Shown here: positions 56,187 through 64,000 of the stretch, piece by piece
Layout of the letters: each line of letters opens with the position of its first letter
How positions within the stretch are numbered: the first letter of the stretch is position 1
NCBI RefSeq assembly: GCF_003019035.1
Contig: NZ_CP027447.1
DNA length: 64,000 bases
Direction: 5' to 3' (one strand)
Origin: Escherichia coli
GTDB taxonomy: Bacteria; Pseudomonadota; Gammaproteobacteria; Enterobacterales; Enterobacteriaceae
Notes under the pieces: generated by a model
Told to the model about the DNA's origin: nothing
What the model saw: only the letters and a program-made list of their open reading frames with translations
Databases searched by the model: none
Translations under genes and position numbers: made by a program

Positions 56187-58721
56187 ATGGCCGGGAATGA
56201 CCGCGAGCCAATTGGACGCAAAGGGAAACCGACGCGTCCGGTCAAACAAAAGGTAAGCCGTCGTCGTTACGAAGATGACGATGATTACGACGATTATGAT
56301 GACTATGAGGATGAAGAACCGATGCCGCGCAAAGGTAAGGGCAAAGGCAAAGGGCGTAAGCCTCGTGGCAAACGCGGCTGGCTATGGCTGCTGCTAAAAC
56401 TGGCTATCGTTTTTGCCGTGCTGATCGCCATTTACGGCGTTTATCTCGATCAAAAAATTCGCAGCCGTATTGATGGCAAGGTCTGGCAATTGCCCGCGGC
56501 AGTTTATGGTCGAATGGTCAACCTTGAGCCAGACATGACCATCAGCAAGAACGAGATGGTGAAGCTGCTGGAGGCGACCCAGTATCGCCAGGTGTCGAAA
56601 ATGACCCGTCCTGGTGAGTTTACCGTACAGGCCAACAGCATTGAGATGATCCGCCGTCCGTTTGATTTCCCGGACAGCAAAGAAGGGCAGGTGCGCGCGC
56701 GTCTGACCTTTGATGGCGATCATCTGGCGACGATCGTCAATATGGAGAACAACCGTCAGTTCGGTTTCTTCCGTCTTGATCCGCGCCTGATCACTATGAT
56801 CTCTTCACCAAACGGTGAGCAGCGTCTGTTTGTGCCGCGCAGTGGTTTCCCGGATTTGCTGGTGGATACTTTGCTGGCGACAGAAGACCGTCATTTCTAC
56901 GAGCATGATGGGATCAGTCTCTACTCAATCGGACGTGCGGTGCTGGCAAACCTGACTGCCGGACGCACGGTGCAGGGGGCGAGTACGCTGACGCAACAGT
57001 TGGTTAAAAACCTGTTCCTCTCCAGCGAGCGTTCTTACTGGCGTAAAGCGAACGAAGCCTACATGGCGCTGATCATGGACGCGCGTTACAGCAAAGACCG
57101 TATTCTTGAGCTGTATATGAACGAGGTGTATCTCGGTCAGAGCGGCGACAACGAAATCCGCGGCTTCCCGCTGGCGAGCTTGTATTACTTTGGTCGCCCG
57201 GTAGAAGAATTGAGCCTCGATCAGCAGGCGCTGTTGGTGGGTATGGTGAAAGGGGCGTCCATCTACAACCCGTGGCGTAACCCGAAACTGGCGCTGGAGC
57301 GACGTAACCTGGTACTGCGTCTGCTGCAACAGCAACAGATTATTGATCAAGAACTCTATGACATGTTGAGTGCACGTCCGCTGGGTGTTCAGCCGCGCGG
57401 TGGGGTGATCTCTCCTCAGCCAGCCTTTATGCAACTGGTGCGTCAGGAGCTGCAGGCGAAATTAGGCGATAAGGTAAAAGATCTCTCCGGCGTGAAGATC
57501 TTCACTACCTTTGACTCGGTGGCCCAGGACGCGGCAGAAAAAGCCGCCGTGGAAGGCATTCCGGCACTGAAAAAACAGCGTAAGTTGAGCGATCTTGAAA
57601 CCGCGATTGTGGTTGTTGACCGCTTTAGCGGTGAAGTTCGTGCGATGGTCGGTGGTTCTGAGCCGCAGTTTGCGGGCTACAACCGTGCGATGCAGGCGCG
57701 TCGTTCGATTGGTTCCCTTGCAAAACCAGCGACTTATCTGACTGCCTTAAGCCAGCCGAAAATCTATCGTTTGAATACGTGGATTGCCGATGCGCCAATC
57801 GCGCTGCGTCAGCCGAATGGCCAGGTCTGGTCACCGCAGAACGATGACCGTCGTTATAGCGAAAGTGGCAGAGTGATGCTGGTGGATGCGTTGACCCGTT
57901 CGATGAACGTGCCGACGGTGAATCTGGGGATGGCGCTGGGGCTGCCTGCGGTTACGGAGACCTGGATTAAACTGGGCGTACCGAAAGATCAGCTGCATCC
58001 GGTTCCGGCGATGCTGCTGGGGGCGTTGAACTTAACGCCAATCGAAGTGGCGCAGGCATTCCAGACTATCGCCAGCGGCGGTAACCGTGCACCGCTTTCT
58101 GCGCTGCGTTCGGTAATTGCGGAAGATGGCAAAGTGCTGTATCAGAGCTTCCCGCAGGCGGAACGCGCGGTTCCGGCGCAGGCGGCGTATCTGACACTAT
58201 GGACCATGCAGCAGGTGGTACAACGTGGTACGGGGCGTCAGCTTGGGGCGAAATACCCGAACCTGCATCTGGCAGGGAAAACAGGAACTACCAACAATAA
58301 CGTAGATACCTGGTTTGCGGGCATTGACGGCAGCACGGTGACCATCACCTGGGTAGGCCGTGATAACAACCAACCGACCAAACTGTATGGAGCCAGCGGG
58401 GCAATGTCGATTTATCAGCGTTATCTGGCTAACCAGACGCCAACACCGCTGAATCTTGTTCCGCCGGAAGATATTGCAGATATGGGCGTGGACTACGACG
58501 GCAACTTTGTTTGCAGCGGTGGTATGCGTGTCTTGCCGGTCTGGACCAGCGATCCGCAATCGCTGTGCCAGCAGAGTGAGATGCAGCAGCAGCCGTCAGG
58601 CAATCCGTTTGATCAGTCTTCTCAGCCGCAGCAACAGCCGCAACAGCAACCTGCTCAGCAAGAGCAGAAAGACAGCGACGGTGTAGCCGGTTGGATCAAG
58701 GATATGTTTGGTAGTAATTAA
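56187..58721 (+). CDS. mrcB: Penicillin-binding protein 1B (bifunctional glycosyltransferase/transpeptidase)
   Basis: Start at [18 protein letters not shown]; 844 aa; acidic [15 protein letters not shown] tract, TM segment, Gln/Pro-rich C-terminus. Confidence 0.96.
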   Translation: MAGNDREPIGRKGKPTRPVKQKVSRRRYEDDDDYDDYDDYEDEEPMPRKGKGKGKGRKPRGKRGWLWLLLKLAIVFAVLIAIYGVYLDQKIRSRIDGKVWQLPAAVYGRMVNLEPDMTISKNEMVKLLEATQYRQVSKMTRPGEFTVQANSIEMIRRPFDFPDSKEGQVRARLTFDGDHLATIVNMENNRQFGFFRLDPRLITMISSPNGEQRLFVPRSGFPDLLVDTLLATEDRHFYEHDGISLYSIGRAVLANLTAGRTVQGASTLTQQLVKNLFLSSERSYWRKANEAYMALIMDARYSKDRILELYMNEVYLGQSGDNEIRGFPLASLYYFGRPVEELSLDQQALLVGMVKGASIYNPWRNPKLALERRNLVLRLLQQQQIIDQELYDMLSARPLGVQPRGGVISPQPAFMQLVRQELQAKLGDKVKDLSGVKIFTTFDSVAQDAAEKAAVEGIPALKKQRKLSDLETAIVVVDRFSGEVRAMVGGSEPQFAGYNRAMQARRSIGSLAKPATYLTALSQPKIYRLNTWIADAPIALRQPNGQVWSPQNDDRRYSESGRVMLVDALTRSMNVPTVNLGMALGLPAVTETWIKLGVPKDQLHPVPAMLLGALNLTPIEVAQAFQTIASGGNRAPLSALRSVIAEDGKVLYQSFPQAERAVPAQAAYLTLWTMQQVVQRGTGRQLGAKYPNLHLAGKTGTTNNNVDTWFAGIDGSTVTITWVGRDNNQPTKLYGASGAMSIYQRYLANQTPTPLNLVPPEDIADMGVDYDGNFVCSGGMRVLPVWTSDPQSLCQQSEMQQQPSGNPFDQSSQPQQQPQQQPAQQEQKDSDGVAGWIKDMFGSN

Positions 58722-58879
58722 CGTCTAAGCGTGACATACCGGATGGCGAGTAGCCATCCGGTAAAATAACATCCCACCTAAAGTATTAACCCTTTCTTTT
58801 CATCTGGTTGTTTATTAACCCTTCAGGAACGCTCAGATTGCGTACCGCTTGCGAACCCGCCAGCGTTTCGAATATTATC

Positions 58880-58905
58880 TTATCTTTATAATAATCATTC
58901 TCGTT
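58880..58905 (+). promoter_or_regulatory. Fur-box-like element in fhuA promoter
   Basis: cttatctttATAATAATCATTCTCgtt resembles GATAATGATAATCATTATC; about 40 bp upstream of fhuA start. Confidence 0.6.
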
Positions 58906-58940
58906 TACGTTATCATTCACTTTACATCAGAGATATACCA

Positions 58941-61184
58941 ATGGCGCGTTCCAAAACTGCTCAGCCAAAACACTCACTGCGTAAAATCGCAGTTGTAGTA
59001 GCCACAGCGGTTAGCGGCATGTCTGTTTATGCACAGGCAGCGGTTGAACCGAAAGAAGACACTATCACCGTTACCGCTGCACCTGCGCCGCAAGAAAGCG
59101 CATGGGGGCCAGCTGCAACTATTGCGGCGCGACAGTCCGCTACCGGCACCAAAACAGATACACCGATTCAAAAAGTGCCACAGTCTATTTCTGTTGTGAC
59201 CGCCGAAGAGATGGCGCTGCATCAGCCGAAGTCAGTAAAAGAGGCGCTTAGCTACACGCCGGGTGTCTCTGTTGGTACGCGTGGCGCATCCAACACCTAT
59301 GACCACCTGATCATTCGCGGCTTTGCAGCAGAAGGCCAAAGTCAGAATAACTATCTGAATGGCCTAAAGTTGCAGGGCAACTTCTATAACGATGCGGTCA
59401 TCGACCCGTATATGCTGGAACGTGCTGAAATCATGCGTGGTCCGGTATCCGTGCTGTACGGGAAAAGCAGCCCTGGCGGCCTGTTGAACATGGTCAGCAA
59501 GCGCCCGACTACAGAACCGCTGAAAGAAATTCAGTTTAAAGCCGGTACTGACAGCCTGTTCCAGACTGGTTTTGACTTTAGCGATGCGCTGGATGATGAC
59601 GGCGTTTATTCTTATCGCCTGACCGGTCTTGCGCGTTCTGCCAATGCCCAGCAGAAAGGGTCAGAAGAGCAGCGTTATGCTATTGCACCGGCGTTCACCT
59701 GGCGTCCGGATGATAAAACCAATTTCACCTTCCTTTCTTACTTCCAGAACGAGCCGGAAACTGGTTATTACGGCTGGTTGCCGAAAGAGGGAACCGTTGA
59801 GCCGCTGCCGAACGGTAAGCGTCTGCCGACAGACTTTAACGAAGGGGCGAAGAACAACACCTATTCTCGTAACGAGAAGATGGTCGGCTACAGCTTCGAT
59901 CACGAATTTAACGATACCTTTACTGTGCGTCAGAACCTGCGCTTTGCTGAAAACAAAACCTCGCAAAACAGCGTTTATGGTTACGGCGTCTGCTCCGATC
60001 CGGCGAATGCTTACAGCAAACAGTGTGCGGCATTAGCGCCAGCGGATAAAGGCCATTATCTGGCACGTAAATACGTCGTTGATGATGAGAAGCTGCAAAA
60101 CTTCTCCGTTGATACCCAGTTGCAGAGCAAGTTTGCCACTGGCGATATCGACCACACTCTGCTGACCGGTGTCGACTTTATGCGTATGCGTAATGACATC
60201 AACGCCTGGTTTGGTTACGACGACTCTGTGCCACTGCTCGATCTGTACAATCCGGTGAATACCGATTTCGACTTCAATGCGAAAGACCCGGATAACTCCG
60301 GTCCGTACCGCATTCTGAATAAGCAGAAGCAAACGGGCGTTTATGTTCAGGATCAGGCGCAGTGGGATAAAGTGCTGGTCACCCTGGGCGGTCGTTACGA
60401 CTGGGCAGATCAAGAATCTCTTAACCGCGTAGCGGGAACGACCGATAAACGTGATGACAAACAGTTTACCTGGCGTGGTGGTGTTAACTACCTGTTTGAT
60501 AATGGTGTAACACCATACTTCAGCTATAGCGAATCGTTTGAACCTTCTTCGCAAGTTGGGAAGGATGGTAATATTTTCGCACCGTCTAAAGGTAAGCAGT
60601 ATGAAGTCGGCGTGAAATATGTACCGGAAGATCGTCCAATTGTAGTTACTGGTGCCGTGTATAATCTCACTAAAACCAACAACCTGATGGCGGACCCTGA
60701 GGGTTCCTTCTTCTCGGTTGAAGGTGGCGAGATCCGCGCTCGTGGCGTAGAAATTGAAGCGAAAGCGGCGCTGTCGGCGAGTGTTAACGTAGTCGGTTCT
60801 TATACTTACACCGATGCGGAATACACTACCGATACTACCTACAAAGGAAATACGCCTGCACAGGTGCCAAAACACATGGCTTCGCTGTGGGCTGACTATA
60901 CCTTCTTTGACGGTCCGCTTTCAGGTCTGACGCTGGGCACCGGTGGTCGTTATACTGGCTCCAGCTATGGTGATCCGGCTAACTCCTTTAAAGTGGGAAG
61001 TTATACGGTCGTGGATGCGTTAGTGCGTTATGATCTGGCGCGAGTCGGCATGGCGGGCTCCAACGTGGCGCTGCATGTTAACAACCTGTTCGATCGTGAA
61101 TACGTCGCCAGCTGCTTTAACACTTATGGCTGTTTCTGGGGCGCAGAACGTCAGGTCGTTGCAACCGCAACCTTCCGTTTCTAA
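58941..61184 (+). CDS. fhuA: Ferrichrome outer membrane transporter FhuA (TonB-dependent)
   Basis: 747-aa ORF; signal peptide, TonB box EDTITVTA, C-terminal ...ATFRF. Confidence 0.97.
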   Translation: MARSKTAQPKHSLRKIAVVVATAVSGMSVYAQAAVEPKEDTITVTAAPAPQESAWGPAATIAARQSATGTKTDTPIQKVPQSISVVTAEEMALHQPKSVKEALSYTPGVSVGTRGASNTYDHLIIRGFAAEGQSQNNYLNGLKLQGNFYNDAVIDPYMLERAEIMRGPVSVLYGKSSPGGLLNMVSKRPTTEPLKEIQFKAGTDSLFQTGFDFSDALDDDGVYSYRLTGLARSANAQQKGSEEQRYAIAPAFTWRPDDKTNFTFLSYFQNEPETGYYGWLPKEGTVEPLPNGKRLPTDFNEGAKNNTYSRNEKMVGYSFDHEFNDTFTVRQNLRFAENKTSQNSVYGYGVCSDPANAYSKQCAALAPADKGHYLARKYVVDDEKLQNFSVDTQLQSKFATGDIDHTLLTGVDFMRMRNDINAWFGYDDSVPLLDLYNPVNTDFDFNAKDPDNSGPYRILNKQKQTGVYVQDQAQWDKVLVTLGGRYDWADQESLNRVAGTTDKRDDKQFTWRGGVNYLFDNGVTPYFSYSESFEPSSQVGKDGNIFAPSKGKQYEVGVKYVPEDRPIVVTGAVYNLTKTNNLMADPEGSFFSVEGGEIRARGVEIEAKAALSASVNVVGSYTYTDAEYTTDTTYKGNTPAQVPKHMASLWADYTFFDGPLSGLTLGTGGRYTGSSYGDPANSFKVGSYTVVDALVRYDLARVGMAGSNVALHVNNLFDREYVASCFNTYGCFWGAERQVVATATFRF

Positions 61185-61234
61185 TTTCTCTTTTGGGGCA
61201 CGGATTTCCGTGCCCGTTTCACAAGTTGGCTGTT

Positions 61235-62032
61235 ATGCAGGAATACACGAATCATTCCGATACCACTTTTGCACTGCGTAATATCTCCTTTCGTGTGCCC
61301 GGGCGCACGCTTTTGCATCCGCTGTCGTTAACCTTTCCTGCCGGGAAAGTGACCGGTCTGATTGGTCACAACGGTTCTGGTAAATCCACTCTGCTCAAAA
61401 TGCTTGGTCGTCACCAGCCGCCGTCGGAAGGGGAGATTCTTCTTGATGCCCAGCCGCTGGAAAGCTGGAGCAGCAAAGCGTTTGCCCGCAAAGTGGCTTA
61501 TTTGCCGCAGCAGCTTCCTCCGGCAGAAGGGATGACGGTGCGTGAACTGGTGGCGATTGGTCGTTACCCGTGGCATGGCGCACTAGGGCGCTTTGGTGCG
61601 GCAGATCGCGAAAAGGTCGAGGAAGCTATCTCGCTGGTTGGCTTAAAACCGCTGGCGCATCGGCTGGTCGATAGTCTCTCTGGCGGCGAACGTCAGCGGG
61701 CGTGGATCGCCATGCTGGTGGCGCAGGATAGCCGTTGTCTGTTGCTCGACGAACCGACCTCGGCGCTGGATATCGCCCACCAGGTTGATGTGCTGGCGCT
61801 GGTGCATCGTTTAAGTCAGGAGCGTGGCCTGACGGTCATTGCCGTGCTGCACGATATCAATATGGCTGCGCGTTACTGTGATTATCTGGTCGCCCTGCGC
61901 GGCGGTGAAATGATTGCTCAGGGAACGCCTGCGGAAATTATGCGCGGCGAAACCCTTGAAATGATTTATGGCATCCCGATGGGTATTTTGCCGCATCCGG
62001 CGGGTGCTGCACCTGTGAGTTTTGTTTATTGA
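61235..62032 (+). CDS. fhuC: Ferric hydroxamate ABC transporter ATP-binding protein
   Basis: Start at MQEYTNHSDTTF; Walker A GHNGSGKST, signature LSGGERQR; 265 aa. Confidence 0.95.
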   Translation: MQEYTNHSDTTFALRNISFRVPGRTLLHPLSLTFPAGKVTGLIGHNGSGKSTLLKMLGRHQPPSEGEILLDAQPLESWSSKAFARKVAYLPQQLPPAEGMTVRELVAIGRYPWHGALGRFGAADREKVEEAISLVGLKPLAHRLVDSLSGGERQRAWIAMLVAQDSRCLLLDEPTSALDIAHQVDVLALVHRLSQERGLTVIAVLHDINMAARYCDYLVALRGGEMIAQGTPAEIMRGETLEMIYGIPMGILPHPAGAAPVSFVY

Positions 62033-62922
62033 TGAGCGGCTTACCTCTTATTTCGCGCCGTCGACTGTTAACGGCGATGGCGCTTTCTCCGTTGTTATGG
62101 CAGATGAATACCGCCCACGCGGCGGCTATTGATCCCAATCGTATTGTGGCGCTGGAGTGGTTGCCGGTGGAATTACTGCTGGCGCTCGGCATCGTGCCTT
62201 ACGGCGTGGCGGATACCATCAACTATCGCCTGTGGGTCAGCGAACCACCATTGCCGGACTCAGTGATCGACGTCGGTTTGCGCACAGAACCTAACCTTGA
62301 ACTGCTGACCGAAATGAAACCATCGTTTATGGTCTGGTCGGCAGGATATGGCCCTTCACCAGAAATGCTGGCACGCATTGCGCCGGGTCGCGGATTTAAC
62401 TTCAGTGACGGCAAACAGCCGCTGGCGATGGCGCGTAAATCACTGACGGAAATGGCAGATTTACTTAACCTGCAAAGCGCAGCAGAAACGCATTTAGCGC
62501 ACTATGAAGACTTTATCCGCAGCATGAAACCCCGCTTTGTGAAGCGTGGTGCACGCCCGTTATTGCTGACGACACTTATCGATCCGCGCCATATGTTGGT
62601 CTTCGGTCCAAACAGCCTGTTCCAGGAAATTCTTGATGAGTACGGCATCCCAAATGCCTGGCAAGGGGAAACCAACTTCTGGGGCAGTACCGCTGTCAGT
62701 ATCGATCGTCTGGCAGCGTATAAAGACGTTGATGTGCTCTGTTTTGATCACGACAACAGCAAAGACATGGACACCCTAATGGCGACGCCGCTGTGGCAGG
62801 CTATGCCGTTTGTCCGCGCCGGACGCTTTCAGCGCGTACCTGCAGTCTGGTTTTATGGTGCGACGCTCTCGGCAATGCACTTTGTGCGTATTCTGGATAA
62901 CGCCATTGGAGGTAAAGCGTGA
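62032..62922 (+). CDS. fhuD: Ferric hydroxamate periplasmic binding protein
   Basis: ATG at 62032 overlapping fhuC stop by 1 nt (TGATG); 296 aa; twin-arginine-like signal SRRRLLTAMAL. Confidence 0.94.
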   Translation: MSGLPLISRRRLLTAMALSPLLWQMNTAHAAAIDPNRIVALEWLPVELLLALGIVPYGVADTINYRLWVSEPPLPDSVIDVGLRTEPNLELLTEMKPSFMVWSAGYGPSPEMLARIAPGRGFNFSDGKQPLAMARKSLTEMADLLNLQSAAETHLAHYEDFIRSMKPRFVKRGARPLLLTTLIDPRHMLVFGPNSLFQEILDEYGIPNAWQGETNFWGSTAVSIDRLAAYKDVDVLCFDHDNSKDMDTLMATPLWQAMPFVRAGRFQRVPAVWFYGATLSAMHFVRILDNAIGGKA

Positions 62923-64000
62923 GTAAACGAATTGCGCTTTTTCCGGCGTTATTGCTGGCGCTGTTAGTGATTGTCGCTACGGCGCTCACGTGGATGAACT
63001 TCTCGCAGGCGCTGCCGCGCAGCCAGTGGGCGCAGGCCGCCTGGTCGCCGGATATTGACGTCATCGAGCAGATGATTTTTCACTACAGCTTGTTGCCGCG
63101 TCTGGCGATTTCGCTGCTGGTGGGCGCGGGCCTGGGGCAGGTGGGCGTGCTGTTTCAGCAAGTGCTGCGTAACCCGCTGGCGGAACCGACGACGTTGGGC
63201 GTTGCAACAGGCGCGCAACTGGGGATTACCGTCACCACGCTCTGGGCGATCCCAGGTGCTATGGCGAGCCAGTTTGCTGCGCTGGCAGGGGCTTGTGTTG
63301 TTGGCTTAATCGTCTTTGGCGTCGCGTGGGGGAAACGGCTTTCGCCGGTAACGCTGATCCTCGCGGGGCTGGTAGTGAGCCTTTATTGCGGCGCAATCAA
63401 TCAGTTACTGGTTATCTTCCATCATGACCAGTTGCAAAGCATGTTCCTGTGGAGCACCGGAACGCTGACGCAAACCGACTGGGGCGGCGTTGAGCGTTTA
63501 TGGCCGCAGCTGCTGGGCGGCGTGATGCTGACGTTATTGCTACTTCGCCCGTTAACCCTGATGGGGCTTGATGATGGCGTGGCGCGCAATCTCGGGCTGG
63601 CCTTGTCGCTCGCGCGTCTGGCGGCGTTGTCGCTGGCGATTGTCATCAGTGCGCTGCTGGTGAACGCGGTGGGGATTATCGGCTTTATCGGGTTGTTCGC
63701 GCCACTGCTGGCGAAAATGCTGGGGGCGCGGCGTTTGTTGCCACGGTTGATGCTGGCATCGCTGATTGGTGCGTTAATTCTGTGGCTTTCTGATCAAATC
63801 ATCCTCTGGCTGACTCGCGTGTGGATGGAAGTGTCTACCGGTTCGGTCACTGCGTTGATCGGTGCGCCGCTGCTACTGTGGCTGCTGCCGCGTTTACGCA
63901 GCATTAGCGCGCCGGATATGAAGGTCAACGATCGTGTCGCGACTGAACGCCAACACGTGCTGGCGTTTGCTCTCGCGGGCGGCGTGCTGCTGTTGATGGC
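62919..64000 (+). CDS. fhuB: Ferric hydroxamate ABC transporter permease FhuB (3' end beyond window)
   Basis: GTG start overlapping fhuD stop (GTGA); translation VSKRIALFPALLLALLVIVATALTWMNF...; hydrophobic; no stop before window end. Confidence 0.92.
   Translation, partial: MSKRIALFPALLLALLVIVATALTWMNFSQALPRSQWAQAAWSPDIDVIEQMIFHYSLLPRLAISLLVGAGLGQVGVLFQQVLRNPLAEPTTLGVATGAQLGITVTTLWAIPGAMASQFAALAGACVVGLIVFGVAWGKRLSPVTLILAGLVVSLYCGAINQLLVIFHHDQLQSMFLWSTGTLTQTDWGGVERLWPQLLGGVMLTLLLLRPLTLMGLDDGVARNLGLALSLARLAALSLAIVISALLVNAVGIIGFIGLFAPLLAKMLGARRLLPRLMLASLIGALILWLSDQIILWLTRVWMEVSTGSVTALIGAPLLLWLLPRLRSISAPDMKVNDRVATERQHVLAFALAGGVLLLM

Overview
This 64-kb window is an Escherichia coli-type chromosomal segment running from the 3' part of secA to the 5' part of fhuB. 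Almost all coding capacity is accounted for by recognisable housekeeping genes: secA-mutT, yacG-zapD-coaE, guaC, the cryptic type IV pilus genes hofC-hofB-ppdD, nadC, ampDE, aroP, pdhR-aceEF-lpd, yacH, acnB, yacL, speED, yacC, cueO, gcd, hpt, can, yadGH, yadI, yadE, panD, rpnC(yadD), panCB, the AT-rich yad chaperone-usher fimbrial operon (yadN-yadV-htrE-yadMLKC), folK-pcnB, gluQ-dksA, sfsA-thpR, hrpB, mrcB and fhuACDB. Regulatory sites readable directly from the sequence include a perfect PdhR operator, a MerR-type CueR promoter upstream of cueO, a Fur-box-like element upstream of fhuA, several intrinsic terminators and REP-like palindromes. The most interesting locus is rpnC (38.1-39.5 kb). 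It encodes a PD-(D/E)XK-type Rpn nuclease whose 3' end carries a strong internal Shine-Dalgarno followed by an in-frame ATG-ATG, a 12-nt tandem codon repeat, and, about 300 bp downstream, a second free-standing copy of the C-terminal tail domain as a 77-aa ORF with its own ribosome-binding site. This fits the Rpn toxin / intragenic RpnS antitoxin antiphage architecture, with an extra stand-alone tail cassette that I cannot match to any annotated gene from memory. No CRISPR arrays, tRNA or rRNA genes, or insertion sequences were seen. All protein identifications rest on reading the translated ORFs against remembered sequences; no database search was run.
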